Source: a virus (Duplodnaviria; Caudoviricetes). From it: 25,613 bases of DNA. Of this stretch, positions 7,783 to 16,579 are shown one piece after another; the stretch's first letter is position 1, and every line of letters begins with the position of its first letter. The notes under the pieces were generated by a model. It searched no databases. It saw only the letters and a program-made list of their open reading frames with translations, and was not told the origin of the DNA. The DNA lies in IMG/VR virus record IMGVR_UViG_3300044626_000486, positions 1-25,613 of that record, one strand, 5' to 3'. Made by a program: the position numbers and the translations under genes.

Positions 7783-9889
7783 CACTCAACTCCATTAACG
7801 CTTCAGGGGGTAGGTTCTCTAACATCGCCATCATCTCAGGATCCATCTCAGGACTCTGACTCATAACATCTGGCTGCATCATCTCAGGAGGAGGGGCTTG
7901 CATATCCATAGGCATAGCCTCTGGAGGCATTTCTTCCTGCGGAGGAATCTGCTGTTCAGGAGGTGGCATTTGCTCAGGAGGTGGCATCTGCCCTTGCTGA
8001 GGAGGCATCTGAGGCTGCATAGCAGGAATTAACCAATCGGTCACATCCTGCTCCATCGCATCGCCAATTGACTTAATGAACGCATTAAGAGGCTCTGGAT
8101 TACCTGCCATTGCAATCTGATTAAGCTGCGGCAGAAGATACTGAGCAATGCGAGTCAGGTTCTCATTGTCACGGAACTTGTTTGGCTTGCGTATCGAATT
8201 GGCTTCGATCGTCATAGCCATCTCTCGAACATAGATCTCTGGATCTTCGTTGGCAATCAACTCATCCCAAAGCTGTGCACCCTCTGGGCCAAACAAAGGA
8301 ACCAAATCTTGCCCACGTACATTCCAGCCAGCGTAGATACGCTCAACATTAGCCCTATTGGTTTGCCACGCCTCCACCTTTCGACTCATCCAGTCAGGAC
8401 GTATCGACGTAGCAGCCTCTTTGAAGTTGATGTCCGCCGCAGTACGAGCAACCTTGCCGCCGACATTCATCCCATACAAAGCTTCAGTTAGACCCGTCCG
8501 CTTATCGAAGGACATCGACACGTACTCAAGCATACGTATCACATCGTAATTGATGGCAGGCGACTGAAGCATCGTAACTAGCTCATTGATATTCTGGTGA
8601 GCCATGCCATTTAGCTCAACGATAATGTTGAACTCATTGCTCTTTAGCTTTCCAATAACATCATCGCCAGCTTCCTTGAGCACAGCCCAAATGTTTCTTG
8701 AGTTCTGATAGACACGATCACACAAGCATGACATCATCACATTCAAGAAAATCAACTCACCTAGCCCCATGCCAATCGGAGCCAGAGGCCAAGGGCCACT
8801 AGAAGCCTCATAGAAGTCCAGCAGTGACACAGGCCAGCGACCATCTCTGTAGATCGGAACAGGCCAATCCAATGCCCTACGTATCTCATCGTCGCCAAGC
8901 TCTGCGGTACTTGGCGGAAAGTTAAGCGGAAAGGGTACACCTTTAGCCACAGCCAAGTAAGCGAAGTCGCCAACAGTCTGCTCGAACGCTTCATGTAGAG
9001 TCGAATCAAAATCATCTAGGCGAGTACCCACACCTACCTTAGAGTAGATCTCATACCAGATAATCTTATTAGACGTTGCGTAGGCACTGTTCTTGATCGG
9101 ATGATATTCATCCCTGCCACTCTCAGATACCTCATTAGCGTCTGCACCAGCCACGCCAACATTACGTGCGTAACGACTAAGAGAGCCAGCAGGTAGATCA
9201 AATCTTCGCTCAACATCCCAGTAATTCTCAATGTGCTGTCTGCCAATCCAGCCGCAATCACTCAAGTTTGGCTTAGTACACTGAGGGTCAATAAACAGAC
9301 GCAAGCAAGAATCGAACACCGATCTAGTCAGCACTCGCTCGCTACCTGGGAACTGATACTTCTCCGTCCACAGGCAACCTCGCCCAGTAATCAAAGCCTC
9401 TGTAATCGCAAGCTGGCTTTCAGCAATCAACCCACCATTAGGCTGCTCACGTTGAGCATAAGACAGGTATTGCTCCATGAGTGAACAACGAGTCTTATTT
9501 CGCCTGCGATTACTTTCATATCGCTGTAAAAAATCCTGGTACCTCTGTGCCGTGGCAGGATCGGCAGGATCACCCATGACATCGGGCTCAATGTCTAGAC
9601 GAGCGTAAGGGCGAGCAGAGATACCAGGATAGTCCCAATAGAGTGAAGGACCAAACACGCTGACAAGTTCAAAAGCTTTTGCTATCGTCATTTTGAACTG
9701 AGGGGCTGGCAGGTTACTAAAGAACTTATTGCGGAACGTATCGTCCCACATAAAGCCGCACGTACCCTGATAGAAGTTCCGGCAAATGTCAGCGGTCTGA
9801 CGAAAGGGCTCTCTCGCTTTACGAGCTTGCTCAATCCTCGTCAACCAAACACTCACCAGTCGTTCAAGCCTACCCCGAATCTCAAGCAT
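7772..9889 (-). CDS. Portal protein (P22-like size) with a Pro/Gln/Met-rich C-terminal tail
   Basis: 705 aa downstream of TerL. EALITGRGCLW, LFIDP and FDKRTGLTEALYG...RTAAD are portal-like motifs. Confidence 0.8.
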   Translation of the reverse strand: MLEIRGRLERLVSVWLTRIEQARKAREPFRQTADICRNFYQGTCGFMWDDTFRNKFFSNLPAPQFKMTIAKAFELVSVFGPSLYWDYPGISARPYARLDIEPDVMGDPADPATAQRYQDFLQRYESNRRRNKTRCSLMEQYLSYAQREQPNGGLIAESQLAITEALITGRGCLWTEKYQFPGSERVLTRSVFDSCLRLFIDPQCTKPNLSDCGWIGRQHIENYWDVERRFDLPAGSLSRYARNVGVAGADANEVSESGRDEYHPIKNSAYATSNKIIWYEIYSKVGVGTRLDDFDSTLHEAFEQTVGDFAYLAVAKGVPFPLNFPPSTAELGDDEIRRALDWPVPIYRDGRWPVSLLDFYEASSGPWPLAPIGMGLGELIFLNVMMSCLCDRVYQNSRNIWAVLKEAGDDVIGKLKSNEFNIIVELNGMAHQNINELVTMLQSPAINYDVIRMLEYVSMSFDKRTGLTEALYGMNVGGKVARTAADINFKEAATSIRPDWMSRKVEAWQTNRANVERIYAGWNVRGQDLVPLFGPEGAQLWDELIANEDPEIYVREMAMTIEANSIRKPNKFRDNENLTRIAQYLLPQLNQIAMAGNPEPLNAFIKSIGDAMEQDVTDWLIPAMQPQMPPQQGQMPPPEQMPPPEQQIPPQEEMPPEAMPMDMQAPPPEMMQPDVMSQSPEMDPEMMAMLENLPPEALMELSGGL
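7921..8020 (-). repeat. Imperfect tandem coding repeats in the portal tail (PPPEQM-type)
   Basis: tcaggaggtggcat occurs twice with an 18-bp period, plus related units. Confidence 0.7.
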
Positions 9890-10227
9890 TAGTTAGCTTC
9901 CTTGACCTTACCAGACTTGCGATCAGGGACACCACGAACCTCAACCAGATCCTCATACCACTTGGGGAACATCCACCAACCAGTTCGCTTCGCCAATTCA
10001 GTGGGCTTGCCATCAACGAACAGCCTTGCATCACTTAAGTGCGGCACGCTAGTCACTAAGCCACCACCACTCCTCTTGGACGTTGGAAATGTATTGATTG
10101 ACACTACGCCATTGTGAAACGAATCCGACACGATCCCTGGGACGACATCATCGGGAGCATGTGGAGGACACCACAGAATTGGCAAACCAACCGGAGCCAA
10201 TCCATCAAAATTTTTGTTGAGCGACAT
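9889..10227 (-). CDS. Hypothetical protein between TerL and portal
   Basis: AAGGT SD before ATG 10227; TAATG coupling to the portal. Confidence 0.65.
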   Translation of the reverse strand: MSLNKNFDGLAPVGLPILWCPPHAPDDVVPGIVSDSFHNGVVSINTFPTSKRSGGGLVTSVPHLSDARLFVDGKPTELAKRTGWWMFPKWYEDLVEVRGVPDRKSGKVKEAN

Positions 10228-10229
10228 GT

Positions 10230-11966
10230 TCAAACCTTGTAGGGGGTAAGCGCAGTGCCAAGCAAAACCGAATTATCATCTGGCTTCTTGCGAGACGATG
10301 AAGACGCTTGCAACTGCTGAAACAATTGAAACGCGGGGGATCCTCCCCCTATATTCTTCCCTGCAACTGGAAACCACTTTGGAAAACTGGCACACCAGTA
10401 TTCCGCCGCCACAGCTAAGTCGATCGTCTGATACTTCGCAGGTCGATCACCAACCTCGTTATCCAATCGCTCCTCTTTGATGTAGTCCTCTAATTGCTTA
10501 CAGAGATTCGGACACTTGTGAGTTACAATCCGAAGATACGGAAAGGAGCCAGCTTTATTGTTCACATGCATCCACGACTGCAATCGCATGATGCGAGACT
10601 CCACATTGGGCGAACCCCACATAAAGTGATGCCCCGTCAAGATGCTGTGGATGTTGTGTTCTTTGAATGTTCGCGAGTAGTTGTCAGCAACTGATAACGC
10701 AAAGCCCATCGTCGTTTGCTTACCTGCACGCTGGTCGATAATGAATCGATAGATCGGATAGCCTTGTATCTTGCTCTTAATCATCGGAGCCAGTGTGTCA
10801 GCGTCTGCTCGACCTGGATACAATTCATCGTAAACAACGTAATACTCACCGAAACTCGGCGGCGGTATGGCACAAAAAAGTACCGCTGGCTTTCTCGTGC
10901 CTGGATCAAGAATCATCTCTCTTGTCCAGTCAATTGGAGGCACCCAATTGTTCCGCCTTAGCGTTTCGGAAATCTTGTCCTCAACTCCCTCAGGATAGCA
11001 GGCAGAATGAAAGCTCCTGTCAAATAGCGGATACATCTTGAGTTGTTCAATAGAGTATTCGCCACGATCTCTAGATGACTTTTCTTCGTCGGTAAAGCCC
11101 TCAAGAAGCTCTCTCTTACCAGCAGGATCAAGCTGGCTATTTGCGCTAGTTGTCAGAATCACTTCACCAGCCATCGGATCTGGATCGTCGGCATCTTGCA
11201 GCTTAGCTCGTTCAGTCAAAGCACGCAGAGCCTCATTATTGGCTCTAGGCCAGCTAGACCAGAACAGCCTTCCTCGCCTGTCAGCTAGACGCGATTGCCA
11301 CTCTTGATAGTGCTTTGGATATTTGATCGCCTCGTCTATCCAAATCACATCCACTGGGTCGCCCTGCTTAGGCTCTGCCTTGGATGAGTAGGCATAGATG
11401 TCAGCCAGCGTTTCTTTAGTCACTGGATCCCAGATGACAACCTTCTTGAACTCGTTGTTACCTTTGTTCTCCCAGTCCCAAGATCCTGGCTTTACGAATC
11501 GATTGGGTATCACTGGATAGCTAGGATAAACTTCACCCGATCTAGCTGCATCGTCAGGGTCGGCTTGATTGTAAGATCTCAATTGACCCGTCGAGCGATC
11601 ACGTATCATCTTGAACAATCCTGGCTTAAACAAAAGCCTATGAACTGTCTCTCCAATATGACGCTGATCGTAGCCAATGATCCATATCGTAAGCGGCCTG
11701 CCTAACTGGTGAGGACGACGCGCTCTCACCCTGGTGCCATCTGACAAATGAACGTAACCATCTGTAGCAATAGCTCCGGTGAGAACAGCCAGTGAGGTAC
11801 TCTTACCAGAACGCACACCACCACGAACCAACAACTCTCTGGCGTTGGACTGAAATATGGGATCTTGATGAGACTGAGCACGAAACAGATCAAGAGCGGT
11901 GGTTCGGCGCCGAGCCATTTCCACCAGAGCAGCAGCTTCGCGATTACTCAGATTCAGATTCGTCAT
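10230..11966 (-). CDS. terL: Terminase large subunit
   Basis: Walker A RGGVRSGKS, Walker B VIWIDEA and RNase-H-like nuclease MILDPG. Upstream of the portal. Confidence 0.9.
   Translation of the reverse strand: MTNLNLSNREAAALVEMARRRTTALDLFRAQSHQDPIFQSNARELLVRGGVRSGKSTSLAVLTGAIATDGYVHLSDGTRVRARRPHQLGRPLTIWIIGYDQRHIGETVHRLLFKPGLFKMIRDRSTGQLRSYNQADPDDAARSGEVYPSYPVIPNRFVKPGSWDWENKGNNEFKKVVIWDPVTKETLADIYAYSSKAEPKQGDPVDVIWIDEAIKYPKHYQEWQSRLADRRGRLFWSSWPRANNEALRALTERAKLQDADDPDPMAGEVILTTSANSQLDPAGKRELLEGFTDEEKSSRDRGEYSIEQLKMYPLFDRSFHSACYPEGVEDKISETLRRNNWVPPIDWTREMILDPGTRKPAVLFCAIPPPSFGEYYVVYDELYPGRADADTLAPMIKSKIQGYPIYRFIIDQRAGKQTTMGFALSVADNYSRTFKEHNIHSILTGHHFMWGSPNVESRIMRLQSWMHVNNKAGSFPYLRIVTHKCPNLCKQLEDYIKEERLDNEVGDRPAKYQTIDLAVAAEYWCASFPKWFPVAGKNIGGGSPAFQLFQQLQASSSSRKKPDDNSVLLGTALTPYKV
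10344..10364. repeat. 21-bp exact direct repeat, copy 2
   Basis: Identical to 2638-2658; lies inside the terL 3' end (encodes AGKNIGG). Confidence 0.9.
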
Positions 11967-12582
11967 CTGGATTGTATTCCCAAGTAGGAGACTCTTCTGC
12001 TATCGCTGGAGTAACTTCTACGTCGATAGGCTCACTCTGCATCGCAACGCTATTGATGACCTGAATGCGAAAGTTAGGATCATCCTGCATCATACGAGCC
12101 GCAAGTTGTGCTAAGGTTGCTTTCAGGTCATCGTCCGTAAGACCTGACGCATCCACGTTATTGCGATCATCAAGTTTCTCTTGCAGGCTCAATATCATCT
12201 GCCAATACTTGACGATTACCGAATCCTTTCGCTCAAACATCAATTGTTCTTTTTGCGTCAGATTCTCACCACGGACTTTATCAAAGTCCTCCTTGAGCTT
12301 GACAGCCAATCCATCAGCACCACCCACTAGATCAGTAAACTTGGAGAATACCTGATCAAGAACCTGCTGATCTGATCCAGCCTTCTTGATTCGAGACAGC
12401 AACTCTCTTGAAAACTGGGCTGTTTGACGCGTATCGCTCATCAGCAACTCTCTGTGTATTTGCTCTCGCCTAACTTCTCTGCAATCGCCACAGTACCCAC
12501 CGGAAAGCATGCGATTAGGAAATACTTGACGACATTGATTGCAATGACTTGCCTGATTAGTGACTCTAAGGTTTAGTGACAT
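11944..12582 (-). CDS. Probable terminase small subunit with an N-terminal Zn-finger
   Basis: Overlaps the terL start and is helical; CNQC-x13-CGDC; acidic tail. GAGG SD before ATG 12582. Confidence 0.55.
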   Translation of the reverse strand: MSLNLRVTNQASHCNQCRQVFPNRMLSGGYCGDCREVRREQIHRELLMSDTRQTAQFSRELLSRIKKAGSDQQVLDQVFSKFTDLVGGADGLAVKLKEDFDKVRGENLTQKEQLMFERKDSVIVKYWQMILSLQEKLDDRNNVDASGLTDDDLKATLAQLAARMMQDDPNFRIQVINSVAMQSEPIDVEVTPAIAEESPTWEYNPDDESESE

Positions 12583-12600
12583 ACTGTTCCTCAACGAAGC

Positions 12601-12630
12601 GGGGCCAGTAAGTAATTACTCACCAGCCCC
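12601..12630 (-). terminator. Hairpin (terminator/attenuator-like) upstream of terS
   Basis: Minus-strand GGGGCUGGUGAGU-AAUU-ACUUACUGGCCCC forms a 13-bp stem with 3 G-U pairs; weak U-tail. Confidence 0.55.
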
Positions 12631-12676
12631 TACCCCAGCGGCACCAGCCACCCCCCAGAACATAAAACATTCGGGG

Positions 12677-12868
12677 TTATTTATTTAACTTGATTGGAGA
12701 GACCATGCTCTTCCACATGTCGCCCACCACTGGCTCCTTCTGAAGGGCCGAGGTTTCAGGGACGACGTTCTGAATGATTGGCTCTGAGCCGTAAGCTTTG
12801 GCATTAGCCGTATACTTAGGCTGATTAATTACTTCACCCTTAGGTGTCACGCCCTTAACTTTATCCAC
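12677..12868 (-). CDS. Small hypothetical protein
   Basis: GAGG SD with GTG start; 63 aa, flanked by two hairpins. Confidence 0.6.
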   Translation of the reverse strand: MDKVKGVTPKGEVINQPKYTANAKAYGSEPIIQNVVPETSALQKEPVVGDMWKSMVSPIKLNK

Positions 12869-12898
12869 AACATCACCTCTTGTTTTTTACTTAGTGCC

Positions 12899-12937
12899 AA
12901 CAGAAGCCAGTGAGCAGCATCCCTGCCACCCACTGGC
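12899..12937 (-). terminator. Intrinsic terminator after the capsid/cement genes
   Basis: GCCAGUGGGUGGCA-GGGA-UGCUGCUCACUGGC gives a 14-bp stem with a GNRA loop, followed by UUCUGUU. Confidence 0.7.
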
Positions 12938-12960
12938 CGTTTCCATGGTCACATAAACGA

Positions 12961-13485
12961 TTAGTAGCCTGGGAACTTCCAGACCACATCAATGGTTTGA
13001 TCTGCTGCCGTTGCTGCGGTCACTGCACGACCACACGCACTCAAGGAGCCAGCCGCGTCGTTGGTCACAGTCGTGACTTCACCAGTAGCGGCAGGAATCA
13101 GAATAGCGTTAGCCGAAATAGAACCGGCAGAACGAGCCTTGCCTGGACCTTCAATGAGCATCCAAAAGTGCTCGCCGTTAGCCACAGATGTCACATAAGG
13201 ATCAACTGCACCAACTCCAGTACCAGCAGCGCCGGTAACACCACCAACGTAAGTTCCAGCCAATCCACTTTTCCAGGTTAAGCACTCATTAGGATTGAGC
13301 GCTCCACCGGAGTCATTCTTAACCCACATCGCTTTGATGCGGCGACCTGACAAGAGTTTGCGTTGCGAATCAATCGCAGAGTAATTCACATCAGTGAACT
13401 CTCGAACTGTCCCAAGCAAAGACTCTAGTTCACCGGCTACAGCCTTTTCGCCTAGCCGATACATATTCGTTTGAACTGCACCCAC
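12961..13485 (-). CDS. Capsid cement/decoration protein
   Basis: Directly follows the MCP and is G/A/T-rich; FWMLIEGPG and GRAVTAATAADQTIDV are typical of cement proteins. Confidence 0.65.
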   Translation of the reverse strand: MGAVQTNMYRLGEKAVAGELESLLGTVREFTDVNYSAIDSQRKLLSGRRIKAMWVKNDSGGALNPNECLTWKSGLAGTYVGGVTGAAGTGVGAVDPYVTSVANGEHFWMLIEGPGKARSAGSISANAILIPAATGEVTTVTNDAAGSLSACGRAVTAATAADQTIDVVWKFPGY

Positions 13486-13536
13486 TTTATTTTTCTCCCT
13501 GTTAGGTTTGTTTTGTTACGACGACGGAACTAACGA

Positions 13537-14649
13537 TTAAGAACCGAAAGCACCGTACTTGGCAATATGTTTTGGATTGAACCTTAAATTCCCAAAGAAA
13601 CCAATAGCCACTTCATGGGCCATTGCGGTGTTGTTGAACTCTGGACCAACCAAGTAGAACAACTGATCGTGCAAGCTGAACAAGCTCATTTCATCTAGGT
13701 TCACTGCATAGCCAGTGCCCGCTGGACAATCGAACTCACTCTTAATCATTGCACCGTTGTAGTTGATCACATCTTCTGCAAAGCCAAGCTTGCCAGCGTA
13801 ATCGCTAACCTGCAATCGCTCGCGAACGACCAAGCGATCTTGGAACTCGTCGAACAATTCCTGGCTTAGCATGTGCAAGGTTGGGATCTTGCTGCCACCA
13901 GACAAGTGACGAATCCAGCTACGACCACGACGAATCACATGCTCGCAGTTATCGGCCCAAGTGTTACCACCAGTGCCCCACTGAGGACATGCGTAATTGA
14001 TGAGCTTGGGACTCACGAAATCGTAATCGGCTGTGCCAGATCCAAGAGGCCAGTCAGTGGTGAGCAAGCCCGAAGGACGATTAGCAGCAGCCAAGTTGTT
14101 TGACCATGTTCCACCGTAGGAGCCTGGGCGAACCAACTTGCCACCGTAAGAGGCAGAGCTAGAAGGCAGTGCTACGCGGTCGTTAACCGAAACCGATCCG
14201 TCTGGAACCATCGGGGTATCGATACCCACGATCTGGTCATCGTTGCCAGTGTTTCGCAAGAACAACTCAGCCGACAATCGATTGCCTACCGAAGCGAGAA
14301 CCGAGTCCATCGCATCAGCATAAAGATCGACGATCGCCAACGGACCCTTGTTCATCATCTGAATTTTGAGATCCAGTGCTTGAGTTCCAATCAAGCCAGC
14401 GACTGGTACAGTCAACTGCTCGAATGCTTGGTGATGTTCGTAGATCACACCAACACCACTGGAATGGGTTCGAGCGGCTGGCTGTCGTGCTCGCACAGTC
14501 CAGGTCGTCGACGTTCCGCTCTGGTTGTAAAGAATGCGACCTTCGCTTTGCAGCAAGGCCAACCAGAAACGGTTGCGTACCGTTTGATCGGATGCACCTT
14601 TTAGGTACTTAGGTGCTGTGTTCCGAATGGCTAAAATTGCCTCAGACAT
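13537..14649 (-). CDS. Major capsid protein (HK97-fold, inferred)
   Basis: 370 aa with strong AAGGAG SD, downstream of the scaffold. C-terminal FFGNLRFNPKHIA and YAVNLDEMSL resemble capsid P-domain strands. Confidence 0.8.
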   Translation of the reverse strand: MSEAILAIRNTAPKYLKGASDQTVRNRFWLALLQSEGRILYNQSGTSTTWTVRARQPAARTHSSGVGVIYEHHQAFEQLTVPVAGLIGTQALDLKIQMMNKGPLAIVDLYADAMDSVLASVGNRLSAELFLRNTGNDDQIVGIDTPMVPDGSVSVNDRVALPSSSASYGGKLVRPGSYGGTWSNNLAAANRPSGLLTTDWPLGSGTADYDFVSPKLINYACPQWGTGGNTWADNCEHVIRRGRSWIRHLSGGSKIPTLHMLSQELFDEFQDRLVVRERLQVSDYAGKLGFAEDVINYNGAMIKSEFDCPAGTGYAVNLDEMSLFSLHDQLFYLVGPEFNNTAMAHEVAIGFFGNLRFNPKHIAKYGAFGS

Positions 14650-14667
14650 TGACTACTCCTTGTCTCG

Positions 14668-15876
14668 TTAGTTTCCCCTGTAGTTCGCGCCCAGAATCTC
14701 AGCGTTGTCTGGATCACGCTCTAACATTTCTCGAAATGACATCTTACGATTCACCGGCGTTTCTACCGGCTGCACAAAAGCATTGCTCACTTGCACCTTT
14801 CGTGCGTCAGGCTTCTTCCTGGCCTGCTCTACAAACTGATTCTTCTTTGCTTCAACCTGTTGCTTCTTTTCTGCCGCCAACTCTTCTTGGTTTTTGGCAG
14901 GCTCTACTGGGGGAAGCATCCTGTACGCCAACTTCCAGATACGTAGGTCTGGCTGATCCACACCAAGTTCGTTGCAGATCTCTCGAACCTTGTTGCTGTA
15001 AAGCAGCCCACGCTCTGTAGGAATTTCTTTTCCATCCAAGCCAACCATGACATTGCCATCATTACTGACTCGGAAGAATTCGTTTTTGTGGTCGGTGTAG
15101 AACTTCTGGAACTCGTTCTCTTCTTGCTGCTGGTATCTATAAGCCTGCACCTGCTTTTGCTTCTCAGCTAGATTCGCAGCTAGCTGGGTGTGGTAAGCTT
15201 TAATGCGGCTTTCGATTTTGTTTTCAATTTCCTCTAGCAACCCAGCTTCCTGCATTGCAGTCACTGGATCATTGACCATAAGCTGGCTGCGTCTCTGCTG
15301 CTCAGTGACGGCCTCATTAAGCTGCTGAGCGGCTTTCTGTCCATCGATCCCATACTTAGGATCAGGCAAAAACTTCGAGGTCTTGTCGTCGAACTCGCAA
15401 TACTTGGTTAGATTCTGGTCGATCTCAACCTTTTGCCAGCGACGTAGCTTTTGTTCGTTAGTCTCAGGCTTGACTGGCTCTGCAATCTGTTGCTGAACCG
15501 GCTGCTGCTGACTAAGAGCTTCAACCTGAGCCTGTAACTCAGCCATTCTTCGTCGCTGCTCATCACGCTCAGCAAAAACATTAACCAGTTGCTTCTGAAT
15601 CTCATCCTCAGAATACTGGTCGGCAGCGATATTAACTTTAGCTAATGCTTGCTTTAGCGGAGAGACTTCGGCTACAGGTGCGGGTTCGGAGCCAGCTTCT
15701 GGTGCCTTGGCTTCAGGCTGCTGCTCTACCGCCGACTCGACCTGCTGCTCAACAGCCTCTGGAGTTGCACTTTCTGATTCGACTGACTCAGCCTCAGGTG
15801 CAGTTGCTCCATCACGATTAGCGGCACGCTCCGCTAATCTCTCCTGAATCATCTTGGTCAATTCGCTATCAGCCAT
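14668..15876 (-). CDS. Capsid scaffolding protein
   Basis: Acidic E/Q/P-rich and coiled-coil, directly upstream of the MCP. Start reassigned to ATG 15876 (AAGGA SD). Confidence 0.7.
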   Translation of the reverse strand: MADSELTKMIQERLAERAANRDGATAPEAESVESESATPEAVEQQVESAVEQQPEAKAPEAGSEPAPVAEVSPLKQALAKVNIAADQYSEDEIQKQLVNVFAERDEQRRRMAELQAQVEALSQQQPVQQQIAEPVKPETNEQKLRRWQKVEIDQNLTKYCEFDDKTSKFLPDPKYGIDGQKAAQQLNEAVTEQQRRSQLMVNDPVTAMQEAGLLEEIENKIESRIKAYHTQLAANLAEKQKQVQAYRYQQQEENEFQKFYTDHKNEFFRVSNDGNVMVGLDGKEIPTERGLLYSNKVREICNELGVDQPDLRIWKLAYRMLPPVEPAKNQEELAAEKKQQVEAKKNQFVEQARKKPDARKVQVSNAFVQPVETPVNRKMSFREMLERDPDNAEILGANYRGN

Positions 15877-16002
15877 GTCATTTCCTTGGGGTGGGGTGGA
15901 AGGGGGTCTCCGCATATCTTTCCAACTGCCACAAGAAATAATTGGCTCTCAAAGGTAATACTGGTGAGAGCAGAACAATAATTGGAAGAGGAGGATAAAA
16001 AA
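15877..16002. promoter_or_regulatory. Divergent control region between the late operon and the HTH gene
   Basis: Divergent intergenic gap. Contains IR GCTCTCA-N13-TGAGAGC (15945-15971) flanked by AATAATTGG direct repeats (15937, 15977). Confidence 0.55.
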
Positions 16003-16233
16003 GTGGAGCAGGTAGTCGGAATGATTGACCCCAGAACTGAAGAGCTTGTAACACTCAAGGAGTTAGGTCAGAGGCTACAGAGAACGTACAACAACATCTA
16101 CGAGTTGGTACGTGTTGGCCGAGAGAGTGTTGGAGGCAAGACAGTGCAACTGGAAGTTATTAAAACCCCAGGCGGCATGAGAACTTCGATGGAAGCGTAC
16201 TATAGATTTCTAAGGAAACTAAATGAGTGCTAA
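16003..16233 (+). CDS. DUF1580-type winged HTH (excisionase/MerR-like)
   Basis: IDPRTEELVTLKELGQRL...VQLEVIKTPGGMRTSMEAYYRFL matches the DUF1580 pattern (LET...GG...TS.EA..RF). GAGGAGG SD before GTG 16003. Confidence 0.75.
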   Translation: MEQVVGMIDPRTEELVTLKELGQRLQRTYNNIYELVRVGRESVGGKTVQLEVIKTPGGMRTSMEAYYRFLRKLNEC

Positions 16234-16579
16234 CGAAGATTACATAATCCAAGGATTAGACGCACTGACTCAGGGAATCACTGAGCTTACTACGCAAGTC
16301 GAAACACTTCGAGCAGAGCAAGATGAAGTAAGGATACCGGCGACTGTCACCGTAGCAATGGAATCCCTAAAGATCTTGAGCCGTAGCCAAAAGATTGTCA
16401 CTCGGCATACTGTCGAGAGGAACTCTGGCGTCGACACCACAAACAACGAAGTACCGTGTGAGTCGATCCATAGGTACCCCAGACCGCTTCAGGAAAGCGA
16501 GGCTGAGTTGCGAGATGTTTGTTGCCAACTGATCTCTGGCTATCTTATTCAATCGCTTGGCTCCCACGGCACCGATTGA
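16223..16579 (+). CDS. Hypothetical protein with an N-terminal coiled coil
   Basis: AAGGA SD and overlap-coupled to the HTH gene. The 3' 213 bp are antisense to the recombinase. Confidence 0.55.
   Translation: MSANEDYIIQGLDALTQGITELTTQVETLRAEQDEVRIPATVTVAMESLKILSRSQKIVTRHTVERNSGVDTTNNEVPCESIHRYPRPLQESEAELRDVCCQLISGYLIQSLGSHGTD

Noticed and set aside
7921-8020. Short repeats as a possible CRISPR-like or variable-repeat array
   Set aside because: In-frame low-complexity Pro/Gln/Met coding repeats without spacers.
184-15020. Numerous plus-strand ORFs of 60-154 aa across the late operon
   Set aside because: They are antisense shadows of well-supported minus-strand genes and show no recognisable motifs.
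15888-15906. G-rich run GGGGTGGGGTGGAAGGGGG as a G-quadruplex
   Set aside because: Only three runs of three or more G; no evidence of function from sequence alone.
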